From: Lobosporangium transversale
Lineage: Eukaryota
Direction: 5' to 3'
DNA length: 38,804 nt
Assembly: GCF_002105155.1 (NCBI RefSeq)
Contig: NW_019029012.1
Location: 434,001-472,804, forward strand
Numbering within the stretch: the first letter of the stretch is position 1; each line of letters opens with the position of its first letter. This document shows positions 1 through 11,274 of the stretch, piece after piece. A program made the translations under genes and the position numbers. Under the pieces are notes generated by a model. It saw nothing but the letters and a program-made list of their open reading frames with translations, did no database searches and was not told the DNA's origin.

Positions 1-2
1 AG

Positions 3-737
3 AAGAGCGCATGGCTCCTCTTGGTTGCCACCTCCGCTGTCATCCTTGTCTACATTTGGCTCTATCTCGGATCCCTCTGGTCACCTCTGAGCCGTGTCAA
101 GAATGTGGAGATCATCCTCTACAACGCTGATACTGGCTTCGACTATTCTCAAACTCCTCCTCAACTCATTCCTCTCTTTCAATCCATTACTCAGAACCAA
201 TCTCTCGGTAACATCGTTCATGGTCAAATCATGAACCCTGAAGGTCAATTGAGCCAGATGGTTTCATGGATCGACAAGTCCAAAGAGACTGGTTGGGATC
301 GCGAATCTTTGATTAAGCAGGTGGAAGATGGTGAGGTCTGGGGGCTTTTGTATATCCCTGCAAACTTTTCCAACAACCTGTTATCGTATGCACCCTCCAC
401 TTCAACTGGTCCAGCAACAGCTGCCACGCTCAAAATGGTAGATATGGAATACGTATTCGATCAGGGACGCAACTATGGTACTCATTCGATCATTGAAAAA
501 TATATCTCAAAGTCCATGGATCTCTTGTCAAAGACCTTTGAGAGGCAACTCTTGACTTCCCCTGCCAACCAGACCTTACTCCAGACCATGCATCCTATCT
601 TTTGGACTCAATCTATCCACATGACTGAAACCATCATGAGCCCTGTTTTGGTTTATGGCCAAAACTTCGCCACTTACATTGTGGTAAGTTTTTTTTTTAA
701 AAAACTAATTATTCTTATCTTTGATCTGGGATTAACT

Positions 738-772
<35 letters not shown>

Positions 773-1431
773 AGTTTATCGTCTTGTACATCGGCTCCAT
801 CCTTGCAGTTTTCAGTATTTGTAAATATCTGCCCAATACTATCGAGACTGTTGGTGTGTTGACCTTTGGATCCAATGAGGCTGGCAAGAATGCCATCAGA
901 ACATCCTCTCAAATCCCCAAATTTCCTGCTCTCCGCATCGTCATGGCCCGTCACACAGTTGCGATGTTGTTCTCACTCGTTCATACGATCCTTATCTGGA
1001 TGGTCCCTCAAGTCTTGCACGGTCATCAGATGTCTGAACATTTCAATGCTGGGATCGCTTTTGCCTTTATCTGGTTCGTGGGCATGTCCTTCATCTCCAT
1101 CTTGTTCTTCCTCTCTCATCTCTTGACCGTCGATGGATTCCAAGCTCCTGCTACCATGTTATTGATCTTGATGCTCACATCTTCATCTGGTATCCTTGAT
1201 TGGGTCGTCATGCCTGGTTTCTTCCGTATCGGTATCGTCTTCCCATTCACCTATGCTATCCGAGGTTTGCGATGCATTTACTTTGGTTCCATGAGAAACC
1301 AGATGTGGATCAACTGGTTGGTCATCTTGGCTTGGATCGTCATCCCTGGTATGATCACCATGATCATGGCTCGCTCAGAGATCCGTCTAAGACGTCAAAA
1401 CATGCGTCGTACTCACAGCATCCAGGTTTAA
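3..1431 (+). CDS. SNG1/DUF3533 (YhgE/Pip-like, ABC-2-type membrane fold) multipass membrane protein; 5' end outside window; exons <3..683, 775..1431
   Basis: The frame is open from position 3. A phase-0 intron 684..774 (GTAAGT...TTAG) joins FATYIV to FIVLYIGS. There is an N-terminal TM segment, a luminal 'VEDGEVWGLLYIPANFS ... FDQGRN' region and about 6 C-terminal TM helices with 'PGFFRIG..FPFTYAIRGLR'. Family assigned from recalled motifs. Confidence 0.7.
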
Positions 1432-1527
1432 GAAACGGAAAACAAAAAACGTTGTGTGATCAATATTTCTGTAGATATACCATTATAATATATACGGACA
1501 GTGTCCCCATCATTAATCAACATGAAG

Positions 1528-1558
<31 letters not shown>

Positions 1559-1737
1559 ATTATTAGAATCAAATAAATAGTAGATTCTACTGTGCAAATC
1601 ATGTTTATTAGAATTTTATGTTTTCGTTTATCATTTGTCCAAAACAAGCCTTGCTTAAAAGAATAGGGACATTCTAATATGGACATTGTGATCCAACTGA
1701 CCTCCCCCAAAAACCAATGTTACCTCGTGTCACTTTA

Positions 1738-3486
1738 TTAGTTGTGTGGCTGTGGGGTCGGCCTCCTTATTCTCTCCACTAGAATTCCCATTTGAGAAAA
1801 CACTAAAAACGTTACAGCACTAGCAGGTGCTGCTTTTAATAATCCAGGTAAAAGGCCCTTGTACAAGGCCAAGTACCCTTCCTGTTGAATAATTTGAGCC
1901 ATACATCTCCAAATAGTCGTAGGCAATACCTCCGACTTGGTCACCCTTATTGGGGGAACTCCGCCTCCTCTTTCTGATGCTGTTCCTGCCAGTGTCGATG
2001 TACGATTGGATGTGGATGAGAGAATATCAATATTGATCCTTTGTTGCTCGGATCCTTGGATCTGAAGTCGTTTCCGAACCATGTCCAATGGGTACACAGC
2101 CGTCTTTGAAATCACTCCAGAGATCCCTCCACAGAGCATCTCCTCAAGGCCCAACATAAACTGTTCAAAGGGCTTGTGCGGGGGATCTGTTGTCGGTGTC
2201 ATCTTCATACTTTTTCCGGGAGGTGAAGAACCTGTCATTGTGGTGAATCCAAAACCATATGACCTTTGCTTGCACCATGATGTCAACCGTTTAAGGGTAT
2301 CATAAGATCCAAACATAATCCCCATATATGGGATCACTTGAACTAGCGCTGGGGACATTCCTTTGTAAAAGCCTCGCACGCCATCTCGTTTAATAATGTG
2401 TTGAAATGCTTGGGGAACACTGGTATATGTCTAAAAAAATTAAAAAAATTAAAAAAATTAGCTCAATGATTATAAATACATTCTAACAGTTGAACTGTTC
2501 ACATCACCTTACTTTGACGTCGCGCTGGATAGCAAACCGGGTGCGCAAGAGATCGAAAGGATAGGTGCAGGTGGTGGCGATAATCCCTGCAGAGGCCCCA
2601 CTGACAAATGACTGAATAGAAGCTGAATTAATGATGGTTGTAAATGCATGTGTTGTTGGGTTGTTTAACTGATAAGCCGCTAGTCGATAGGAGGTTGCCT
2701 CCGCAGTTTTAGATAGTAATGCCTTTGTCTGTTGGTAAACAAGGAACTGAATGCCTCCATACGTCATATAAAGATACTCTGCTGCCATGTTTCCTTTCCA
2801 AAGACCCTATAATATTAATAATGACAGACGAGATGTTTTTAATCAAATGCAGACAAGCTGCATATCTTTGGCTGCATCGAAAAAAAAAAAAAACCCCCCT
2901 ACCCGAATACCCTCCTCTCGCGCAATGATGGATAATCCCGAAATCATTCCTTTATATTTTGGCTGGGCATCCACAATTGAAGCCCCAATGTTTGGTGTTA
3001 ATTTCAACGGCTTGTCTATCCTGCTCCTATTTGATATTGATCCATCTGAAATAAGATTTTTTCTAAGAACCTTGGGAAGTTCCTTTCTTTGTGTTTGCAG
3101 CTTTATAAAAAAAAAAAAAATAAAAAAAAAAAAAAAAAAAAAACAGAGACAAAGACAACAACAAAAACAACGTAGTAATAATATGGAGGTCAGCGCTTAC
3201 TAAAAAATAAAAATAAAAAATGCTACTCATCTCAGCTTGGTCATAGTAAGAGATAGAGAGAAGAGGATACCTGAAGACGAATCTTAACTACATCTAAAGG
3301 TGCAATTACGAATCGAGAAACCACTCCAGCAGTGGATCCACAGAGAGCTGTCTCTGCTTTGGTTAAGGTCGGCGCCCCTGAAGTCATATTTTTGTTATTC
3401 CGTTGTACTGAACTTTCTAATCCTTGCGTCGTGGTTGTCAGCGATCCTGTGAATCCAGAAGAACCAGCTAGCGCAGGACTAGCCAT
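1738..3486 (-). CDS. TPC1: Mitochondrial thiamine pyrophosphate carrier (SLC25 family); exons 3486..3271, 3100..2903, 2806..2513, 2430..1738
   Basis: Three carrier signatures: PLDVVKIRLQ, PFDLLRTRF, PLDMVRKRLQ. 'GLWKGNMAAEYLYMTYGGIQF' is typical of Tpc1. Three phase-0 GT-AG introns (3270..3101, 2902..2807, 2512..2431) keep the frame. Confidence 0.85.
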
Positions 3487-3591
3487 GGTGTAAAAGAATA
3501 GATGGAGGAGTATAAAAATGAGTCGAGTAGAGAAAGAAAGAAGGAAGAAGAGGAAGAAGGGGGAGAATGAAAATGAATGGACCGTTGACAA

Positions 3592-3622
<31 letters not shown>

Positions 3623-4700
3623 AATTAAAATTAAAAATAATTGTGGGAAAGCTGTTCAGTTTTTTTTTTTTTTTTTTTTTTTTTGAGCGCTCTTCTAATC
3701 GCCCCAATAACCAACCATTCAAATTGCGGGCAATGAGCAACATGTCAACTCAGATATCTTAACAAACCAGAAACTAAGGAATGTCACGCAAAAGCCACCT
3801 GGCCTGTCCTTCCCCCCATCCTGACGCCATGGCCTGTTCTTCGGCTGCGCCCATTCTTTGCTCTCTCCCGCCCGCACACACAAACTTCTTAATTGTTCGA
3901 GAGCTATGCTCGACGCCTTTGATAATACCATCTTGCACAACGTTGTTTTCTTTAACTCTGGAGAATATATTTTATTTTACTTTAAAAAATATAAAACAAG
4001 GCGCCAATGATATCGGTCTAACAAATGAAGATCAAGAATTAATGATCTTTACTATATCCTCCGGCCGGCCCTACCAAAGCTAAATTCAGAGAAAAGAAAC
4101 TGGACAAGGCTATCATCGAGACCGATACCGGACCACTAGTTGGCCCCTCCACCATCGAAGATACTGTTCCCGAATATAACATCGGGAGGACATCGGAGCC
4201 TTTAATCCCATCACGACTTCGTCTTTGTACAATGATTCAGATCATGACCCCAACGATGAAGGACGATAGTTATGTAGACGTCGTATTTTTATCATCTTCC
4301 TAATGGAATACTGCTTGGTTTTACAACTAAGGGACTTTCTCGTGTCAGATCTATCCATGTCTTTGCGTTTGATAACAAATCTTTAGTACAAGCAATACAG
4401 GGAAAGATGGGTGTTGGTAGGAATGAGCAAGAAACGAGAATTTTTAATCTGCCTGTAACTCTTTAAACGGGAGTATTTCGAAGAGTGGATTTCTGCTATA
4501 AGCATAATGTGATTTATAGACCAAGTATATGCCATCGTCCTGCTTTTCACAAATAAACATGGTCATCCATTAGTGCATTGCTGTACATGGCTTTTTGGTT
4601 TGCTTAGCACACTTCTGTTACTTCCATTTTCGCTATTCAGTAGCTTAGGGCCAATGACAATGTTTTTAAACCTAGTGGTCAAGTCAAAGAGATGAACAGA

Positions 4701-4842
4701 TTATGTCTCTGATTCAAAAATCGGTCTCCCTTGTAGTTCCGGCAAGTGAGCAAGGTCCATTGAAAGCACATGCACAACGGGTTTTCTCTGGAAATCTGAC
4801 CATGAAACCTAAATGGTAAAATTGTTAGAGATTTATATACTT

Positions 4843-4875
<33 letters not shown>

Positions 4876-5087
4876 CATTCGTATCCAGACTTCATGTTGT
4901 TGAATATAAACCTTGAAGTAGACCTTGTACCGCTCTAGGTAGTGTATTTTCTAAAATGTCGCAGTTAGTAACGAGTGATCTTGTTTATTCAATGGTCTAA
5001 ACTAAGCAAGTTCGCAATGCTCGTCTATGATCAATTTACCTTAAGTTGCATCCGCTCCTTCATTGATAGTCCACTAAACTCTATAGG

Positions 5088-5120
<33 letters not shown>

Positions 5121-6692
5121 GCGTTAACAACATGTGAGGACTATTCTTTTGACTCAAAATTAAAATAATTTACCTTATACCCAAGTAAAGCTTGGACAGC
5201 TTCAGAGGAAATGCTGGGATGTCGAAGCTCAGCAGTATCATCCATCAAGGAAATGTGTCGCATTAAGGAGTAACTCCAAGAGTCGTCGTTCTTGGGTAAC
5301 AGTTTGCATGATGGACACTGCTCTATTTTGTAAGAGACAATGGCTTTTTTGCAGGAGCGGCTAACAAAGAAATGTACATAGACTTTCAGTGTTTTCGGAC
5401 ACATCACTTTCCTTTAAATAAGCAGTAACCCCAGCTGACGAACCATTTCGCTGTAAGGATCTCGGACGCGATGGTATCTATTTCGAGCTCCGTGAGGAAT
5501 GCGTATATGATCCCGTAGACTATCCCTGTAGTATAGATTCCTCCCTATGTGAGGCCCTGCTAGTATCATAGTCAAATCGACTACTACTTGTATTCTTCTT
5601 ACCTATGGCCCCTGTACCATTAACAAGCTGAATGATATCTTTGATGTGATAGATCGAAGTAATCCGGTCGAGTGTTATGCTAGTTGGGTCCAGTACGTTA
5701 ACAACTATTGAAGGCATTTTATAACAGGATGTGTTAATTATGTGAGTGTTATTTACTGCAAGGTCGACACTCTCTTAGTATACTAAGTATTGACAGGAAC
5801 TCACGACTTGGATGCATCCCATTTGAGTATTGGGACGCCGAGTGTTTCAGCCACTAGGAAGATAATACAATCAGTTTTCCTTATCGTATCGCATGCTCAA
5901 ATAAAAGCCAAGTCACTTTACCTCGATATTTTTGCACCGGGGATCTACTTGAATATAGGTTTGATACCCTACAGTTATTTGTGGTTTAGAAGCGTATATA
6001 CCCACTTGTGGACCAGTAAGGATAAGACCTATGAGTTCAATAAAAGTTTTTTCGGGGGCTAGGTTAACAAGTTAAATGATGCTTCTTCAGTCCTCATTTT
6101 ACAACAACCCATGCGTTTACTTGTAATGAAAGGGGTCCATTGCTGCGCAGCCGCAAACATCGCCTCTCCCCACAACGTCAGTGTTGCTTCCTGGCCTTGC
6201 ACGTCAAACACTATCATTTGGGTTTTTGTCAACTGCCCGTTTTTTGTGTTAATCGGAGCTGAGCTTAATAACTATTTTTGACTCTCGAGGAGTAGTTAGT
6301 CTCTGATCTAGAAGGATTGGCTTGAGTGTCCCAGCATTCTCGTATCGACTTAATACCTTCTTGAGGCCAACTATCATGTGGAATGGCTCGTTTTTGCCCA
6401 GATCTGATAGCGCCACAGCTTGTTTGATCGAGACGGAAGGGACGACACCACCCACATTGGCATTCAACGCGTTCTTGAATAAAGTGGCCATTTCTGCTTC
6501 ATTCCCCAAAACAATCCTGTGGCCTACTTTCCCTTCTGTCAAATTTAGACAAAGTGGAGACGATGAATATGTCACTTTGCCATTATTTTGTTCACAGTAC
6601 GACAGGCTACCGTTGAGCTTGACATCATCTGTGAAGATATGGACTACTTGATCGAGCTGGTGTGATAAACCAATAGAATAATTTTAAGTTGA

Positions 6693-6735
<43 letters not shown>

Positions 6736-7423
6736 AGAAAATACAAAAAGCTTACCATGATATTGCTATTTCGTTCAAGATGTTCTTCTGTTTTATGCCA
6801 GAATTTCACTTCAACAGTATCATACTCATCCTTGATTGCAAACGTTTGCAGCCATCGAAGCTTGTTATTATCCCTTTTATCTGCAAAGACTTTTGCGTCT
6901 GATATTCTGATTATCCTTCCTGGACAACAGTGCAGGTTAGAGCCTAAATTGGCTGTAGACTACCGATACTCTTTTCACCTGTTATTATAGCTGTCCATTA
7001 CCTGACACACGCTAAAACGAAGTTCAAAGGTTTTGACAGCTATTAACCAATTAAGCAAATACACATACACTAAAGTATAAATCGAATACATAAGTAGGAA
7101 ATCTACCCTCCATAGCTACTCACCACAAAGGCTTTTTGCGGCTGTAAGTCGCGGATCGAAACAATGGCTGCATCAGGAGAGAATCCCATTTGTGGAGGAG
7201 CAAATGTCCTTAACGCCTGCGTGGAGTAAGAAGGTAAAACCAACCTCTGATCTTGATGAACAGATAATGGAGCAGGTTCTGCAGTATATGAAAGATAATG
7301 ATTCCAGTGGGGGGAAGAAGTTTGTATTTGAGGCCCGACTCTAGCTGCTGAACTGGCAGTGCGTAGGACAGAGTGACTGTAAGGTCGTTGCCTCTGATAC
7401 GGCATTTCGTTGTAGTGCTTCAT
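4701..7423 (-). CDS. MEIOB: MEIOB-like meiosis-specific OB-fold ssDNA-binding protein (RPA1 paralogue), ~548 aa, 13 exons: 7423..7124, 7011..7002, 6919..6756, 6656..6357, 6271..6121, 6028..5922, 5853..5805, 5704..5603, 5525..5444, 5360..5174, 5087..5040, 4950..4912, 4808..4701
   Basis: Twelve GT-AG introns with compatible phases give a 1647-nt frame with no stop that I found. Segments 'LTLWGEAMFAAAQQWTPFIT', 'VYGIIYAFLTELEID', 'AKCRSC...CPSC', 'ISLMDDTAEL...EAVQALLG', 'EFSGLSMKERMQLK..YLERYKVYFK' and 'VHVLS' follow the MEIOB motif order as I recall it. The start codon is uncertain; in-frame ATGs also lie downstream in exon 1. Confidence 0.8.
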
Positions 7424-7577
7424 CGCGGAGTTGTGGGTAGAGGATAGGAGATTCAAACAGTCGCGTTTTTATTTTAAAAATTTTCATGATCACGTGGGAA
7501 CCTAGAAAGAGTATTTAAAAATGCAATGACTGAGAGCTCGCTTAATCCCTCTTTTTGCAGCACAGAGCTTCTCAAAC
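7424..7577. promoter_or_regulatory. Candidate bidirectional promoter between the MEIOB-like gene and RPL20
   Basis: 154 bp between divergent ATGs. Contains an RRPE-like AAAAATTTTCA (7476..7486), a CACGTG E-box (7491..7496), a TATTTAAAA box near 7512 and a pyrimidine tract CCCTCTTTTT just upstream of the RPL20 ATG. Confidence 0.55.
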
Positions 7578-8821
7578 ATGTCCAGAGTGCGTGACCATCC
7601 ATTGTACATCCGTGAGAAGGATACATCATCCATCCATCCATCTACCCTTCTACCATCCATCAATTCATCTTTGTGATATTCAAAACAACCGCAGCTGGAG
7701 ATCTATGGAAGTCTGTTACGACCATCGCTTAATCAGCTGTCGTCTTGTATCATTGCAAATACTGAATCAATCAACTATGAACTGAACATGTTGAATTGCT
7801 AAGGTCTTGCAAGTGATCCACAAAGGCAATTTATTTCTTGGACTTGAAAAGAATAAGATGTCGTACCACCAAATCTGATCAACATTTGTCTTGGACATTC
7901 ATATGAAAGATCCGCCTCCCCACGCCTTTATCAAAGCGAGCGGGTGGCAGTATCAGGCAAACGGCGTCACTGTTAAATTATATGGCGACAGGAATAGCGT
8001 GCTAAAGAAAACGATGAATGACCGCTTTTTTCTTTTTTGCGGATCAGGACACCCTTGTTCCTTTGTTTTAATACAACAAAGTTCTTCCCCTGCACAAAAC
8101 AACGATTTGACCAGTATCTTACTTGGTTCGTCTTTATTTTTATTTCTTTTTTTATTTGTTGCTATTGTGAAACAAATTGATGCATCAACAGCTTCACGAG
8201 TACCAAATTGTCGGTCGCCACCTCCCTACCGAGAAGGAGCCCACCCCCAAGCTCTTCCGCATGCGCCTCTTTGCCCCCAACGAGGTCATCGCCAAGTCCC
8301 GCTTCTGGTACTTCTTGCGCAAGCTGAAGAAGGTCAAGAAGGTCAACGGTGAGATTGTTGGCATCAACGAGGTAAAAAAAAAAAAAAAAAAAAATAGAAC
8401 AAATCAATTTTTTGAGTAAGAAATCTTTTGTTCTGATATTGAAGTTAACATTTATGTTGACTACTCCTATTATTAAAAGATCTTCGAGAAGAAGCCTCTT
8501 CAAATCAAGAACTTCGGTATCTGGATCCGCTACGATTCTCGCTCTGGCACTCACAACATGTACAAGGAGTACCGTGAGTTGTCTCGCGTTGCTGCTGTTG
8601 AGGCCTGCTACTCCGACATGGCTTCTCGCCACCGCGCCCGCTCTCGCTCCATCCAGGTCATCCGTGTTGCTGAGGTTGCCAACTCTGAGGTTCGTCGCCC
8701 TTACATCAAGCAGCTCTTGGTCCCCAACCTCAAGTTCCCCTTGCCTCACCGCGTCATTCGCGCTGCCGACAAGTCTCACCGCGCTCTCTTCATGGGTTCG
8801 CGCCCCTCCACTTTCTACTAA
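7578..8821 (+). CDS. RPL20: 60S ribosomal protein eL20 (L20/L18a), 176 aa; exons 7578..7586, 8192..8371, 8480..8821
   Basis: A 9-nt first coding exon ATGTCCAGA|GTGCGT gives [16 protein letters not shown]. Conserved 'AKSRFWYFL', '[17 protein letters not shown]', 'KFPLPHR' and 'RPSTFY'. Introns 7587..8191 and 8372..8479. Confidence 0.95.
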
Positions 8822-11230
8822 GCTATCTATGCGCCAATTTGTTTTGGCACATGGCGGTTCTAGAGAGGACGCTTTAATGCTCTAATAAATAGCCGTTTCT
8901 GAATGGACTTTTTTTTTTTTTTTTTTTTTTTTGTATGGCATATATTACACTTCACATTTGGATTACAGATAGATATTCTTGGAGCATTGTGGACATTGAG
9001 CTTCTGAGATGACCTCGAATGAAAAAAGCAAATAATATAGCCCGGTTCGTTTGGTTATGACACAGTTCATTTGTTATATTTTAGAATGGATTCTAAAAAT
9101 GGACGATCCTGCCCCACTCGCACTCAATTCATACATCCACGGCACGTTGGTGATCACAGTCGCCCTAGTCTTGGTATTCATGATCATCAACGTTTGGTGC
9201 CAGGTTATCAGGCCTTAGTGACGAAGAACAACAACAGCGTTTGCATCAAAGAGTCCGGCTGGATCTGTCATCCAAGAAATGTCCTCTTCCTCTCTTCATC
9301 CTGGCTCACGACAGACTCGAAAGGACAAAGTGAACAGTGCAGCTCGTGGTAGATTTCGATTCTGGACTTTAATGCAGTCTACCCACGAAGGTTAAAAGGA
9401 CAATGATTAGATGTGCACATACAAAAACAGTCCTGTTCTGTGCGGAGCAGAGGCAAGTATACATATTCTGATATGCAATAGCTTGACAAACCCCTTGAAA
9501 GGCTCTTGCAGGTCGTTCTTCGCGCGTGGCAAAGTATAGAGCTTCTGGGGTTTCATAAGCAGCACGCACAGACTCTGTTGCTGGATGGAACTGGAAGAAA
9601 TCGAATCCTGAGTCTACTTGAGCCGGCACAGCTGCAGAGAATGAGTGCAGGTCTGTAAGCATAAGAAAATACATGGGCGTCAAAAGATAGTTGAGACCTC
9701 AGACATCCTGTTGTGCACGGTTGTGATGGTCTCAAGCAGTCAGTGCTTTTCGCCGGTGCGCTTTTTCACCAATGTATCAAAGTCTGGATATATATTTTTT
9801 TATTAATGGACTTGACTAGCGCGATACACCGCAGGTCCACTAGTAGTATGATGTATCCTAACACAATAATACCCTGGTACGGCCTTGGTACACCACATCG
9901 GAAACCACCGATAGTGAACCGCACTGGAAAAAAAACCCTCTTACAATTCACCAGGTTTACATGGGGTTGTTGACGCGATTTCCTTTATTTCCATGAACCG
10001 AATCATGAGAGGAAATAAGAGCGATTTGCCACTACTCGTATGCATTCAATGAAGTCTCAATATGCTTCATTGCTGTGTTGACTACATCCTAAATATTCTG
10101 GGCACGCTTTGTAGTACCAATAAAGCTGATTGATGGGTGTTTACTTCAGAGCAGGTCTAATCTTGATTAAAGGTTACTGTGATCGACAACCACCATGGCT
10201 CAAACAAATGAGAGTTAGGTATATTAAAAGTACTAGCTTTCTTTTTCATAACGCTCTCTGTAGACTCTTGCTTTATTTCTTTATTCTGCTCGCCACCACA
10301 TGCAATTCTGGTTTTATTTCTGTCAGTTGTTCAGTTGTAAAAAAAAATAAAAAAAAATAAAAAATGGTTTAGGTTTATTTGCCTTTTGCCTTCTAGTTAT
10401 ATTCGCCCTGCTTTGAATCCAAAGGAGACCAATGACCACTATCTCAATGCTGTTCTTCAAGAGATATTAACTTCGTCTTGACTTGAATTTGGAAGAAATG
10501 TTCTATTATTGTTGCTTTCAATTGATCAGACTCAACTTACTTTTGGATTTGGCGTGAGACATAAAATAACAGCATGACCAATCAAAAGTAGGCGATGGAT
10601 GCTGTGCTTCAAAGCCGACAAATGAGGTGAACATCAGGACACCCTTTTCCAACTACATGTATTACATAGTATGTAAATAGCGTACATGCATCTATATACT
10701 TATCGGCACATTACTTGACTCTGGCTCCTCGGAGACATACATCACGCGTTGTACAAATCTTGCTAATTGGCACATGTGCCTATTCTCTTGAATTAGGCTA
10801 CATAGTAGACGTAGATTCACCCGGTTCAAAGTACAACACCTCAGATATGTGTTTAGCTCACTTGAGAGTGGAGTAAGATTGTTATCAGCTGATGATGGAG
10901 CCATGATGTTTTATCCGATGCAACAAAGATGAGTGAGTATCAATTAATTACAAAAAGTAGTTATAAAAAGCAATTATATATATGACAACCCATATTAAAA
11001 GTTGCTCTTTAACCCATTTCTTGCATCTTTTTCTGCCTCCTTTCTGGGGTCGGTCAACATATGTTTGGGCAGGTTGTTAATAAAGTTAAGATTGCATGAA
11101 TTCGATGGATGTGATCGCGGGCTGATTGCGAGCGATGGATTGATCTCAGCCAATGTTTGTGGCGAGTAAATAATTATATATATTATATATATATAATAGT
11201 GATAATAGTATAGTATATATATATATGTAT

Positions 11231-11231
<1 letters not shown>

Positions 11232-11274
<43 letters not shown>
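11232..11274. repeat. (AAT)n microsatellite
   Basis: About 14 tandem AAT units next to a TA-rich stretch. Confidence 0.95.

Noticed and set aside
3781..4283. Short plus-strand open frames between TPC1 and the MEIOB-like gene
   Set aside because: No recognisable motif or convincing gene structure.
8177..8191. Apparent RPL20 start MHQQLHEY
   Set aside because: It lies in the 3' end of intron 1. The 9-nt exon at 7578 gives the expected MSRLHEY and has a good donor site.
8162..8779. 205-aa antisense ORF over RPL20
   Set aside because: Shadow frame of a strongly codon-biased gene. It runs through an intron poly(T) (FFFFFF) and has no recognisable domain.
9071..10000. Splice-like signals and short ORFs on the minus strand, possibly a decayed gene
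   Set aside because: One candidate exon has stops in all three frames and I recognise no family, so there is not enough support to call it.
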